DNA from: a bacterium
GTDB lineage: Bacteria > CAYTYR01 > UBA6262
DNA: 64,000 nt
Direction of reading: 5' to 3'
NCBI GenBank assembly: GCA_028712895.1
Contig: JAQTPL010000006.1
Location: 239 to 64,238, forward strand
A model generated the notes under the pieces. It was given only the letters and a program-made list of their open reading frames with translations, was not told where the DNA came from and did no database searches. A program made the translations under genes and the position numbers. Below are positions 8,382-18,250 of this stretch, piece after piece; the first letter of the stretch is position 1, and each line of letters opens with the position of its first letter.

Positions 8382-10343
8382 TTATTCGTACCGTAATGCT
8401 TCGATCGGGTCAAGCTTGGCTGCCTGGCGCGCTGGCCAGATCCCGAAGCCGACACCTACGGCTATGGAAAACGTGGTTGCCATTATTACCGAAGACATAG
8501 AAACCGTAGTCGTCCAACTGGTGAAGGCAGACAAGGTAAACGCGATCCCTGCCCCAACCGCAATACCGATCAATCCGCCGGTCACGGTCATCACCACTGC
8601 TTCGATCAAAAATTGGGTCATAATATCCTTGGAACGGGCGCCGATGGCTTTACGCAATCCTATTTCTTTGACCCGCTCCCGGACCGACACCAGCATAATA
8701 TTCATAATACCAATACCGCCGACCAGCAGGGAAATAGCCGCGATAGAACCTAACAGCATGGTCATGGTCTTGGTGGTGCTTTGCACGGTTTCCTGAATAT
8801 CATTCATATTCCTGATCTCAAAAGAATCTTCTTTATCCTGACTCAGGAGATGTCGCTGGATAACTAATGTTTTGATCGATTCCTGGGCAGCATCCATCAA
8901 ATTAGCACTTTTTACTTCGAGGTCAATATAATCCACATATTCCTTACCTAATACCCGGTACATAGCTGTGGTAACCGGAATAACGATCACATCATCCTGG
9001 TTCATCCAGCCGGTCGATCCTTTAGTAGGCAATACCCCGATAACCTTGAAATATATCCGGTTGATCTTGACTGTCATTCCTACCGGATTAGCGGTATCAA
9101 ATAACTCCTTAGCTACAGTTGAGCCGATCAAGGCGACTTTTTGGCGCACTTGTAATTCTTCAGCGGTAAAGAACCTGCCGACTGTCGGTATCGCCGCGCG
9201 CATAGTCGGGTAATTGACCCCGGTACCTAAGATCTGGGTATTCCAGTTCCGGTCACCATAAACCACTTGGGCTCGGCCCCTGACTGTCGGGGAAACATTT
9301 TTTATTTCCGGCAGTTTAGCCAGGTATTCAGCGTCTTGCAGGGTGAACCTGGTTACTGACCCTGCTTCCACGGCTACACCCATTGACCGGTGTGAACCAG
9401 GAGTGACCATTAATAAATTAGAACCTAAGGAAGCCAGGCTTTTTTCTATTGATTCTTTGGCTCCCTGTCCCAGAGCTAACATGGCAATGACGGCAGCTAC
9501 CCCGATCAGGATCCCCAGCATGGACAACATAGAACGCATTTTATGGGAAACCAGGGCTTGCAGGGCTTGCCTGAAATGATCACCGAATTTGGCCCCATCT
9601 ACCTTAGACTCGCTTTCTTTGTCAGCCGATCCTGTAGTCAATTGTTCTGCTAGCTGTGCAGCAGCCAGACCTGACTTAGTTTTTTCATCAGTAACTATTT
9701 TCCCGTCGCGCATATAAATTATCCGTTTGGTCCGTTCCGCGACTTCTTTTTCATGGGTTACCATGACTATGGTTTTCCCTTGCTTATTCAGTTTGAGCAG
9801 GAGAACCATGATCTCTTCTTCATTTTTAGTATCCAGGTTCCCGGTCGGCTCATCGGCAAAAAGGATCAAAGGATCATTGACCATGGACCGGGCAACGGCG
9901 ACCCGCTGCTGTTCCCCACCAGACAGCTCAGTCGGCAAATGCAGGGCCCGGGATTCAAGTCCGACCTCTTTTAATTTTTCCAGGGCCCTTTCTTTCAGGT
10001 GCCGCCGGCCGGCATAGATCAAGGGCAGTTCAGCGTTGCCCAGCGCAGTGAGACGGGCCAAGAGGTGAAATTGCTGGAAGATAAAACCTGCTGTCTTATT
10101 CCTTAGCATAGCTAATTCATCATCATTGTACTTGCTGACTTCTTTATTGTTAAAAGTATACTCTCCGGAATCGGGACGGTCCAGCAGCCCGAGAATATGC
10201 AGCAAGGTGGATTTCCCGGAGCCAGACGGTCCCATTATAGCGACAAATTCCCCGGCTTCAATATTTAGAGAAACTCCGCGCAGGGCTTGTACCCCCACAC
10301 TGCCGATCTGATATGTTTTAGAGATATTTTTTACTTTTATCAT
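8382..10343 (-). CDS. macB: MacB-type ABC transporter, fused ATPase + FtsX-like permease
   Basis: 653 aa. Walker A GPSGSGKST, signature LSGGEQQR, Walker B ILFADEPT; then four TM segments with a large periplasmic loop and a C-terminal FtsX-type domain. Confidence 0.9.
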   Translation of the reverse strand: MIKVKNISKTYQIGSVGVQALRGVSLNIEAGEFVAIMGPSGSGKSTLLHILGLLDRPDSGEYTFNNKEVSKYNDDELAMLRNKTAGFIFQQFHLLARLTALGNAELPLIYAGRRHLKERALEKLKEVGLESRALHLPTELSGGEQQRVAVARSMVNDPLILFADEPTGNLDTKNEEEIMVLLLKLNKQGKTIVMVTHEKEVAERTKRIIYMRDGKIVTDEKTKSGLAAAQLAEQLTTGSADKESESKVDGAKFGDHFRQALQALVSHKMRSMLSMLGILIGVAAVIAMLALGQGAKESIEKSLASLGSNLLMVTPGSHRSMGVAVEAGSVTRFTLQDAEYLAKLPEIKNVSPTVRGRAQVVYGDRNWNTQILGTGVNYPTMRAAIPTVGRFFTAEELQVRQKVALIGSTVAKELFDTANPVGMTVKINRIYFKVIGVLPTKGSTGWMNQDDVIVIPVTTAMYRVLGKEYVDYIDLEVKSANLMDAAQESIKTLVIQRHLLSQDKEDSFEIRNMNDIQETVQSTTKTMTMLLGSIAAISLLVGGIGIMNIMLVSVRERVKEIGLRKAIGARSKDIMTQFLIEAVVMTVTGGLIGIAVGAGIAFTLSAFTSWTTTVSMSSVIMATTFSIAVGVGFGIWPARQAAKLDPIEALRYE

Positions 10344-11341
10344 TGTCTTGTATTCCTGTTTGTCTGATTCCGTTGGCTCCTCTGGCCTGGCCGGGTTGGC
10401 ATAAAAGGATTACCACTAGTGGCTTTCTGGGTAGCTGGCATATAGGTCGCGCTTTGTATAACCACCCTATCAGTATCAGTGAGCCCGGAAATAATTTCAG
10501 TATTAGTGTCATCAGCTAAACCGGTTTGAATGCGGCGCTGCCCCGGTTTCTGCTCTTTACCCTGGTCAATGAGGACATATTTCCCTTCTTTGTCTTGCTT
10601 GATTGCTTCCAAAGGTAAAGTCAACACATTCTCGTGACTGGCTTCCAAAACTTTTACTTCAGCAGTCATACCGGAACGGAATTCTGCCGGCACTCTATCC
10701 GGTAAGACATCTACTTTATAGATACTGACGTTACTGACTACCTGTGATTCATAATAAATATGGTTCACCGTGCCATTCACTTTGATATCTGGATAAGCAT
10801 CCAGAGTAATTGTCGCCGGTTGTCCCATCTTAATCTTGCCAATATCAGTCTCATCAAACTGGGCTTGCACGATCAGCCGGTCAGAAAGTACCAGTATCGC
10901 TTCGCTGGTCATAATCGTCTGTCCCGGCTCGACACTTTTGACGATCACTTCCCCGTCGATCGGCGCGATCAAGGGAGTTGACTTATAAACTTCTTGCCAC
11001 TGTTTGACAACTTCATCTCCCTGGGCTCGGGCGGCATCTAATAATGCCGCTCTTTCGGTCGAGCTCATCCAAGCGAGGGTTTGTCCTTTTTTTACCCGGT
11101 CACCTTCCTGCACCAGGATGTTTTCTACTCGCCCGCTGATCGCCGGTTTTACTTCCAGTCGATTTTGCGGCAAGACCGTCCCGGTGGTAGATACGAATGT
11201 TTGGATGTTGTCGTATACCGGATTAACGATGGTAGTTTTTTCCAGACTGTCCTTATTGTTCCCGGCTTTTACGGCCCAGAATATAGCGGCAATCACCACT
11301 AATATGCCTAATACTATGAGTTTCCATTTTTTACTCTTCAT
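10340..11341 (-). CDS. macA: Periplasmic adaptor (HlyD/MacA family)
   Basis: 333 aa. N-terminal TM anchor, lipoyl/beta-barrel pattern (VKPAISGRVENILVQEGDRVKKGQTLA). Overlaps macB (ATGA-type) and the OMF gene. Confidence 0.85.
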   Translation of the reverse strand: MKSKKWKLIVLGILVVIAAIFWAVKAGNNKDSLEKTTIVNPVYDNIQTFVSTTGTVLPQNRLEVKPAISGRVENILVQEGDRVKKGQTLAWMSSTERAALLDAARAQGDEVVKQWQEVYKSTPLIAPIDGEVIVKSVEPGQTIMTSEAILVLSDRLIVQAQFDETDIGKIKMGQPATITLDAYPDIKVNGTVNHIYYESQVVSNVSIYKVDVLPDRVPAEFRSGMTAEVKVLEASHENVLTLPLEAIKQDKEGKYVLIDQGKEQKPGQRRIQTGLADDTNTEIISGLTDTDRVVIQSATYMPATQKATSGNPFMPTRPGQRSQRNQTNRNTRQ

Positions 11342-12596
11342 CTAAAGTCACTCCTTTGGCTTGTATCCAGTTCGCTTCTGCTATCATGGCGTTGGCCTGG
11401 GTATTTAATAAGGTTTTTTTGGCATTGATCAAATCATCTTCAATAATGATCCAGTTGTCAAAAGACATTAACCCGATCTTATATTGTGCTTCAGCGATCT
11501 TGGACCGCTCTTCAGTGGCGATCAAGAATTTTTGCTGTACCTCTAATTGTCCCAATGCATCCCGCAGATTGGCCCAGTTTTCAGCCAGAGTAAGAATAAC
11601 GCTTGCACGGCCGTTTCTTTCTTCGGCCTGTGCCTGGCTATACGCTGATTCAGACCTTTTTACAGCCGCTACCTGGCTGCCTCCGGAAAAGATCGGCACG
11701 CTCACATTTACTCCGGCTGACCATTGGCTCCGGTCAGGAGGCCAATTTGAACCGCTCTTACTGGTTGAGGCGCTGGCATAAACCGAAGGATACATATCAG
11801 CGGTAGCGCCTTTTAAAGAAAGGCGGGAGGCATCTTTTTGGGCGATCAGAGCTTGTAGCAAAGGAACTGATCCTGCTAATTGTTCAAAATCAGGTGTCAC
11901 CGGGTCCAGCAAAGATACTGCCAGCTCACCTTGTACTTGTATCTGGCTATATTTGCCATAGCCCAGGTCCGCGCAGAGCATCCGGGCAGCTATTTCTAAA
12001 TTCCTAGTGGCTTGGGCAATTTCAAACTCAGCTTCTGCCAGGTCAGCCTGCGCTGTTAGTAATGAACCTTTATGCTCACGTCCTGCTTCATACCCCAGCT
12101 TGATCAGCTCCAGGCTTTGTTTACGCCGTTGTGCTATTTCAGTGGTTATAGCTACTAACTTCTGCGCTTTCAAAAGATTCACAAAATCTTTCTTCAGCTG
12201 CAGCCGCAAGTTGGAAGAAGTCACAGCATATGAATATACTGCTGACCGGAAAGTCGCGGAAGAAGTAGCGACATTATACTGGGATTTCAAACCGTCAAAG
12301 ATCAATTGCCTGCCGGAAACACCGTAAGAATAGCTATTGTTCCGGTCCTGATCATCTGCTTTTGAAGTTTGGCCGCTCGCGCTGCCGCTTATTTGCGGAT
12401 AATAGTTGCTCTTAGACGTGGTTATATTAATCCCGGCTTGCTTCAATTTCTCAGTCGCCGACAATAAATTGGGATTATTTTGCCTGGTCTCGCGGACACA
12501 ATCTGCCCAAGTCAGGTCTTGGGACACAGCGCTGTTAACAGAGCCCAATATACTTATAGACACCATCAATAATATTATAAAGAAGTTTCTTTTCAT
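11331..12596 (-). CDS. TolC-family outer membrane efflux factor
   Basis: 421 aa. Signal peptide, two OEP-type repeats with long coiled helices. Lies in an operon with macAB. Confidence 0.85.
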   Translation of the reverse strand: MKRNFFIILLMVSISILGSVNSAVSQDLTWADCVRETRQNNPNLLSATEKLKQAGINITTSKSNYYPQISGSASGQTSKADDQDRNNSYSYGVSGRQLIFDGLKSQYNVATSSATFRSAVYSYAVTSSNLRLQLKKDFVNLLKAQKLVAITTEIAQRRKQSLELIKLGYEAGREHKGSLLTAQADLAEAEFEIAQATRNLEIAARMLCADLGYGKYSQIQVQGELAVSLLDPVTPDFEQLAGSVPLLQALIAQKDASRLSLKGATADMYPSVYASASTSKSGSNWPPDRSQWSAGVNVSVPIFSGGSQVAAVKRSESAYSQAQAEERNGRASVILTLAENWANLRDALGQLEVQQKFLIATEERSKIAEAQYKIGLMSFDNWIIIEDDLINAKKTLLNTQANAMIAEANWIQAKGVTLDEE

Positions 12597-12626
12597 ACTG
12601 CTTTAACCACCTTTTAAAATTTGGGA

Positions 12627-13124
12627 TTATGGCTCTGGCGGCCCTTCATGCCTTTCCTTGCCGGGTTGGTCCGGCGGCGGGGTCATAAAACCCCTGGGCA
12701 TGATCGCTTTAAACTTCCGCTGTTGTTCCGGGGTCAGGTTCTTTTTCATGGTCACTAAATGCCCGACGATCGTTTTTTCGATTTTTGCCTGCAGAGAGGA
12801 AATAGCGTCAATTAATTTGTCTACCTTGACGCTGTCGACCGGATCGGTATCCAGCAGGGCAAACAATTCCGCTCGTTTTCTTTTCAATTCTTCCCTGGCC
12901 GATTTGATCTCCTGGTTTATATTTTTCCGGTCCTGCTCCATAAATTCGACCTGGGTATTGGTCAAATTAAGCTCTTTTTTTATTTTCTTTTTAAACCAGT
13001 TGTTCTCGCCCGGCCCTTTTTTAAAATCCCGCCGGATGAGCCAATGGCGACTGAACGTCGCCACTACCCCCAGGTTTAAACCCAGCGAGAGAACTAAAAT
13101 AACAGTCAGTACTTTATTTTTCAT
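12627..13124 (-). CDS. Periplasmic LTXXQ-motif protein (Spy/CpxP/ZraP-like, heavy-metal-resistance family)
   Basis: 165 aa. N-terminal anchor plus LNLTNTQVEFM and LTPEQQRKF (LTXXQ motifs). Sits downstream of the ECF sigma/anti-sigma pair. Confidence 0.7.
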   Translation of the reverse strand: MKNKVLTVILVLSLGLNLGVVATFSRHWLIRRDFKKGPGENNWFKKKIKKELNLTNTQVEFMEQDRKNINQEIKSAREELKRKRAELFALLDTDPVDSVKVDKLIDAISSLQAKIEKTIVGHLVTMKKNLTPEQQRKFKAIMPRGFMTPPPDQPGKERHEGPPEP

Positions 13125-13128
13125 CTAC

Positions 13129-13587
13129 TCACCCTCCAATAATACTATTATAAACTGTTTCAACTTGTTCATTGGGCATGTCATTGAATTCGGTTAATGA
13201 TAATTGCTGTGAAACCTCAGCGCTGGCCACGATCTCTTGCTGGGCAGTGGAGCCAAGCATCCCTGAGACAAGATAATTCCCGGCTAAGGCCATGACAACA
13301 AACATGGAAAAGGTCGCCACTGTGTTCAACCATTTTATCCCGCCATGCGCCGGCTCTTGTGCCAGGCGGCTTTTTATCCGCGTCCATAGGAAAGCGGGAG
13401 GTTCTACCGGCATTGCTTTCCGGAGAGGTTCAACCGTCAGGTTTGAAACAGCGGCGGCATAAGCGCGGCAGGCAGAGCAATCCCGCAAGTGACGGTCGAT
13501 CTCCTGTTTCCCCTGTTCATCGAGTTCACCATCAACATAATCAGTGATAATGATATCGCGGTATTTATCGCATTTCATGGTAACCAC
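13129..13587 (-). CDS. Anti-sigma factor (zf-HC2 type, single TM)
   Basis: 152 aa. C..YRD...DGELD......HLRDCSACR putative zinc-finger anti-sigma motif, then one TM segment. Overlaps the sigma gene's 3' end. Confidence 0.75.
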   Translation of the reverse strand: MVTMKCDKYRDIIITDYVDGELDEQGKQEIDRHLRDCSACRAYAAAVSNLTVEPLRKAMPVEPPAFLWTRIKSRLAQEPAHGGIKWLNTVATFSMFVVMALAGNYLVSGMLGSTAQQEIVASAEVSQQLSLTEFNDMPNEQVETVYNSIIGG

Positions 13588-14131
13588 CTCTTTTTAAGAG
13601 TATTTCCCTGGCCCTCTTCAGCCTTGATCTCACCGTATTAATATTGATCTTAAGGGCTTGGGCAATTTCATCATACCGTAACCCCTGTATCTCCCTTAAT
13701 ACTATACAGGCGCGGTATTCGGGACTGAGCGCCTCTAATAATTTATCAACCTGCGCTTTTTGGTCACGCTGCTCCAAAAATGTTTCCGCGGCTTCAGCCT
13801 GCCCCGGCAGTTCCGCACTGATATTTTCATGGTATTCAAATTGCCGGCGGCGGTCATACGCTGCTTTTTTCAGCACATTCAGCGTAGTATTGACCGTGAT
13901 CCTGTAGATCCAGGTTTTAAAAGAAGACTGGAACCGGAAGTCCCGCAGGCTTTTAAACACTTTCAAGAAAACTTCCTGGGTGATTTCCTGGGCATCTTCC
14001 CTGTTCCGGGCAGTCCGCAAAGCCACGTTATAGACGAAACTTGAAGCACCTTTATAGATCTCTTCAAAAGCTTGTATATCCCCGGCCACAGCTTTATGTA
14101 TAATGTCTGGCGAAATGCTTTGGATATCCAT
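13565..14131 (-). CDS. ECF-type RNA polymerase sigma-70 factor
   Basis: 188 aa. Region 2 (DAQEITQEVFLKVFKSL..F....FKTWIYRI) and region 4 (LSPEYRACIVLREIQGLRYDEIAQALKININTVRSRLKRAR). Confidence 0.9.
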   Translation of the reverse strand: MDIQSISPDIIHKAVAGDIQAFEEIYKGASSFVYNVALRTARNREDAQEITQEVFLKVFKSLRDFRFQSSFKTWIYRITVNTTLNVLKKAAYDRRRQFEYHENISAELPGQAEAAETFLEQRDQKAQVDKLLEALSPEYRACIVLREIQGLRYDEIAQALKININTVRSRLKRAREILLKRGGYHEMR

Positions 14132-14149
14132 TATGCTCCTTACACTAAC

Positions 14150-14178
14150 TTAGACAAAGTTGAAAAAGGAAAAGTTTC
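14150..14178 (-). promoter_or_regulatory. Possible ECF-type promoter upstream of the sigma gene
   Basis: Minus strand GAAAC (14178-14174), 18 nt, GTCTAA (14155-14150). It resembles the AAC...GTC ECF pattern, but the spacing is 1-2 nt long. Confidence 0.25.
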
Positions 14179-14183
14179 GCGGA

Positions 14184-14777
14184 TTAACGCAATAAATGCA
14201 GTGCAGCGCCAGCAATGATCGGGATAGTAAGGTTATCATCCAGGGCAATGGGCAGGGTTTCCACCACAGCAGCGATAAACGCACTAGCCAGGATAGCAAT
14301 GACGGTAAGATCTGCGGGGAAAAAGTATTGTTTCAAAATAAAACCAACCAGAATCGCTATAATAAAGAAAGCCGCACTGCCTTCCATGCTTCTGGGAGGA
14401 AAAAGTTTATAACGGCCAAATTTTTTCCCAATAATGGCTGCGGTGACATCGCCAAAGGTCAAAAAACAAAGAGCAGTAATAGCTATGGGTTTGTCAAAAA
14501 AAAGTACTGTCACCAGTATGCCGCTGATAAAATAGGGCATCCCAGTAACAGTTTTTTTCTCGTTTTCTTTAAAAAATCCCCGGAAATTTTGCCAAGTCCA
14601 ATTATTAAACAAAGGATATTTAGCCCGCACTAATTCAAATAGCAGTACCAGGACCAGGGCAGCAGCCATGATCCGGAGAAGTATTTCCCGATCTATAAAA
14701 TAGTAGGCTATAGGAAAAATCATCCCGCCGATAAAATGAAACAATGGCCTCTTCATATCACTTCTTCCAATGGCCAA
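14184..14777 (-). CDS. CTP-dependent polyprenol/diacylglycerol kinase family membrane protein (CdsA/dolichol-kinase-like)
   Basis: 197 aa polytopic. FGDVTAAIIGKKFGRYKL motif is typical of the phosphatidate cytidylyltransferase/dolichol kinase superfamily. Confidence 0.65.
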   Translation of the reverse strand: MAIGRSDMKRPLFHFIGGMIFPIAYYFIDREILLRIMAAALVLVLLFELVRAKYPLFNNWTWQNFRGFFKENEKKTVTGMPYFISGILVTVLFFDKPIAITALCFLTFGDVTAAIIGKKFGRYKLFPPRSMEGSAAFFIIAILVGFILKQYFFPADLTVIAILASAFIAAVVETLPIALDDNLTIPIIAGAALHLLR

Positions 14778-15043
14778 ACATAAGCACTAACGCTTCCCTT
14801 AGGCATTTTCTTCTTGATATTCTTGATCGTTTCCTTAATATTAGCCATACACTGATCTTCACAATAGATCAACAATGCTGAATTGTACCCTGGCCAAACA
14901 TTGGTGTCAAGCCTGGGATCGCTGGATTTTCCGGTTCCCAATACTTTTTCCCACTTAGTATAATAATTGATGCCAGCGGCAGACAGCCCTTCCATGATTT
15001 CCTCTTCCAATGGTGCATTATAGACGAATAATATCATCTTCAT
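14753..15043 (-). CDS. Small P-II-like (ferredoxin-fold) protein downstream of the RND pump
   Basis: 96 aa. beta-alpha-beta pattern MILFVYNAPLEEEIMEGLSAAGINYYTKWEKVLGTG resembles GlnB-like small proteins seen next to efflux pumps. Assigned by pattern only. Confidence 0.45.
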   Translation of the reverse strand: MKMILFVYNAPLEEEIMEGLSAAGINYYTKWEKVLGTGKSSDPRLDTNVWPGYNSALLIYCEDQCMANIKETIKNIKKKMPKGSVSAYVWPLEEVI

Positions 15044-15073
15044 TTAAAATCCCTTCTGGATTACACTGATTTT

Positions 15074-15128
15074 AAAAGATGATTACACAGATTCAAGCAA
15101 TAGGTTTTAATCGGTGTAATCATCTTTT
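15074..15128 (-). terminator. Hairpin overlapping the RND stop codon (terminator/attenuator-like)
   Basis: Perfect 15-bp inverted repeat AAAAGATGATTACAC (15074-15088) / GTGTAATCATCTTTT (15114-15128) with a 25-nt loop. On the minus strand the distal arm ends in UUUU. Extra GATTACAC and TTTTAATCGGTG direct copies flank it. Confidence 0.5.
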
Positions 15129-18100
15129 TAATCGGTGGAATCGTTCCTTCTAAATTTTTGTTCAAAAATTGTATACAGTACCGGCACAAAGATCAAAGTG
15201 ATCAGTGTCGACACCGTCAGTCCGCCAATGAGAGCTACGCCCATAGGTGCCCACGACTCGCTGCCCTCGCCCCGGGAAAAGGCCATGGGCACTAAACCAA
15301 ACAAAGTAGTGATCGTCGTCATTAATACAGGACGCAAACGGCTCTTACCGCCTTTTTGCACCGCTTCAAACAACTCAATGCCCCTGGCGCGCAGGATATT
15401 GATATAATCCACCAAGACAATGGCATTATTCACTACAATACCTACCAGCATGATCAATCCCAGGAAAGTCATGACATTGAAGCTTAATCCTGCAACCAAC
15501 AGCCCCCAAATAACCCCGGTGATAGCAAAAGGCACGGAAAACATAATGATGAACGGGTCGCGCAGGGATTCAAATTGGGCCGCCATGATCAAATATACTA
15601 ATAATATTCCTAAAATAAACGCGAAGAAAAGATCAGTGAATGAAGACTTCTGCTCTTTGATCGTACCACCGAATTTATAGGTAAAACCGCGGGGCATGAC
15701 CTTTTTCTGCAGCAGATTCTCTACATCAGTAGTGATCTCCCCCAGACTCCGGCCATAGGTACCTGCATCTATCCGGATCATTCTTGATCCGTCTTTACGC
15801 AATATTTCCAATGGGCCATATTGCCGTTCAAGCGTAGCCACATTACCCAATGGTATAGCTTTACCAGATGGCAGGAGGATCGGCAAATTAAGCAGATTGG
15901 CTAAACTGGTGCGTTCTTTCTTATTCAAGTTCATAAATATATCATATTCATCATCCTGGTCACGAAACTTGCTGACCGTAATACCATAGAAAGTCCCGCG
16001 TACAATATTAGCGATATAACCCACTGACAGGCCCAGGCTGGTAGCTTTGTCCCGATCCACCCGCACCCAGACCTCAGGATTGCCTTGTTCAAAGCTAACT
16101 TCTATATCTTTTACTCCCTTAATTTTAGCCATCATCCCCGAGATCTGGTCTGATAGCTCTGCTCCCTTAGCCAGATCATCCCCATAGAGTTCGATAGTTA
16201 AGGGTTTGCCGCTGCCCATGATCGCTGCTTCCATCGGGTCCTGGCTGGAAAAATTCACTTTGACTAAACCTGGGATTTTTTCTACTTTAGGCCGAACCGC
16301 TTCAATGATTTCCAGATCACTGCGCTGGCGCTGGTCTTTGGGCACTAATTTGCCGAAGAAATCAGCGGCACTGGACAGTTCTTTGCGTCCGCCTTGTACA
16401 CTGCCCATCGCTTCCCGGCTCTCACCCATATCCACCATCAGCATCCGCAGTTCTTTCACTTCTTCCCGCAGTATCTGCTCGATCTTGGACACAGCTATTT
16501 CTGTTTCATTAACATCGGTCCCTCGGGGCAGCTCTACGCGTAAGCGCAAGAATCCCTGGTCTTCCCGGGGGAAAAACTCTGTCCCCACCAGCGGGAACAG
16601 GAGCAGTGAAAATACAAAAATAGCAATGGCCCCGCCAATCACCTTTTTCCGGTTACTTAAGGCCCAGCCCAGGATCTGCCGGTATTTTTCGTCCAAGCGC
16701 TCAAACCATTTTTCACTCCAGCGAAAAAACCTGTCAACCAGTTTATTACTGTTACTATTACCATTGAGATGGATCGTTTTTTGGCTAAGCATCTTCCCGG
16801 CTAACATCGGGGATAAAGTATAGGCCACAAACAAAGAAGCCATCAAGGTAATGGTTACTATAGCGGCTAATTGTTTGAAATATACCTGTAAAAAACCGCC
16901 GACAAATATTAAAGGTAGAAAAATAACTACTGTGGTCAGGGTAGAACCAAGAATAGCTGCACTGATCTCGCCGGTACCAAAAATGGCTGCTTCCTGTGGC
17001 CTTTCTCCTTCATGTAAATGGCGGTAAATATTATCGATCACCACAATAGCGTTGTCCACGACCATACCAATGGCAATTGCCAGGCTGGCTAATGACAGGA
17101 CATTAATGGTCCAGCCATTAAAGTATACAAAAATAAAGGCTACCAGCAAAGAGGTGGGTATTTCCAGCGCCGCGATAAAACTAGCACGTACATTACGCAG
17201 GAAAAACAGCAAGACCAACACGACTAAGAATCCGCCCCAATAAATAGAGGTTTTCAGGCTGTTGATGGAATTAACAATGAAATCAGAATTATCCATCAGG
17301 ATCTTAACATCCACATCTTTAGGTAAAGTCTGCAGGATAGTTGCCAGCTTGGCCCGCACACCTTTAGCCACAGTCACGGTATTAGAGCCAGACTGTTTTT
17401 GTATTACAATAAAGCCACCGCTTTTCTGGTTGACATGGACCCGTTTTATGGCTTCCTGGAAATCATCCTTTACTTCAGCAATATCACTCACGTAAACGGG
17501 TTTACCCTGTCGGTAAGCCAGCAAGGTTTGGCTTAGTTCCGGCACAGTCGTGTATTCACCGGGAACCCGCAAACTGTATTTCTTCCGGCCTTCATATACA
17601 GAGCCTGCTGGAGTAGTCACATTTTCCTGCTGGATCTTATCAGTCACCTGGCTGAGCGAAAGATTATAAGCATTCATCTTATTAATATCTAAAATAATCT
17701 GGATCTCCCGGATCTTGCCGCCACGGACATAGACTGCACCTACTCCAGGGACAGATCGTAACTTATCAGCGATATCAGTTTCCATGATCTTATTCAGGCG
17801 GTCGTAGCTTTCGGCAGCATTGGCGCCCATAAACAAGATCGGTATGGCGCTGGTATTGAACTTAATGACCCGGGGCGCATCAGCATCATCCGGCAATCTA
17901 CTTTTAACAAATTCCAGGCGATCCCGGATATCATTACTGGCTGTATCCAGGGAAGTGCCCCAGTCAAACTTGGCTAAGACCACGGAAGCGCCTTCTTTAG
18001 AAGTGCTTTCCACAGAATCTATACCCGGAACGGTGCGCACAGCATCTTCAATAGTCTTGGTAACCTTGGTTTCAATATCCTGGGCATTGGCTCCAGGATA

Positions 18101-18250
18101 GGAGGTAATAACAGTCAGCATGGGCAAGGTGATCTCCGGCATCAAGTCCACCGGTAGCTTAGCCAAAGAGATAAAAGATAAGATTAACAGGACTACATAA
18201 ATGATACTAGTAAAGATTGGACGCTTTACACAATACTCTGTAAGCTTCAT
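15128..18250 (-). CDS. RND efflux transporter, inner-membrane component (AcrB/CzcA superfamily)
   Basis: 1040 aa, 12-TM/two-large-loop layout, with typical stretches AIGMVVDNAIVVIDNI and LVGIVVNNAIVLVDY. Confidence 0.95.
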   Translation of the reverse strand: MKLTEYCVKRPIFTSIIYVVLLILSFISLAKLPVDLMPEITLPMLTVITSYPGANAQDIETKVTKTIEDAVRTVPGIDSVESTSKEGASVVLAKFDWGTSLDTASNDIRDRLEFVKSRLPDDADAPRVIKFNTSAIPILFMGANAAESYDRLNKIMETDIADKLRSVPGVGAVYVRGGKIREIQIILDINKMNAYNLSLSQVTDKIQQENVTTPAGSVYEGRKKYSLRVPGEYTTVPELSQTLLAYRQGKPVYVSDIAEVKDDFQEAIKRVHVNQKSGGFIVIQKQSGSNTVTVAKGVRAKLATILQTLPKDVDVKILMDNSDFIVNSINSLKTSIYWGGFLVVLVLLFFLRNVRASFIAALEIPTSLLVAFIFVYFNGWTINVLSLASLAIAIGMVVDNAIVVIDNIYRHLHEGERPQEAAIFGTGEISAAILGSTLTTVVIFLPLIFVGGFLQVYFKQLAAIVTITLMASLFVAYTLSPMLAGKMLSQKTIHLNGNSNSNKLVDRFFRWSEKWFERLDEKYRQILGWALSNRKKVIGGAIAIFVFSLLLFPLVGTEFFPREDQGFLRLRVELPRGTDVNETEIAVSKIEQILREEVKELRMLMVDMGESREAMGSVQGGRKELSSAADFFGKLVPKDQRQRSDLEIIEAVRPKVEKIPGLVKVNFSSQDPMEAAIMGSGKPLTIELYGDDLAKGAELSDQISGMMAKIKGVKDIEVSFEQGNPEVWVRVDRDKATSLGLSVGYIANIVRGTFYGITVSKFRDQDDEYDIFMNLNKKERTSLANLLNLPILLPSGKAIPLGNVATLERQYGPLEILRKDGSRMIRIDAGTYGRSLGEITTDVENLLQKKVMPRGFTYKFGGTIKEQKSSFTDLFFAFILGILLVYLIMAAQFESLRDPFIIMFSVPFAITGVIWGLLVAGLSFNVMTFLGLIMLVGIVVNNAIVLVDYINILRARGIELFEAVQKGGKSRLRPVLMTTITTLFGLVPMAFSRGEGSESWAPMGVALIGGLTVSTLITLIFVPVLYTIFEQKFRRNDSTD

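Noticed and set aside
16206-16823. 205-aa plus-strand ORF inside the RND gene
   Set aside because: It is antisense to a 1040-aa RND transporter with clear family motifs. The Ser/Arg/Leu-rich composition is typical of a shadow ORF.
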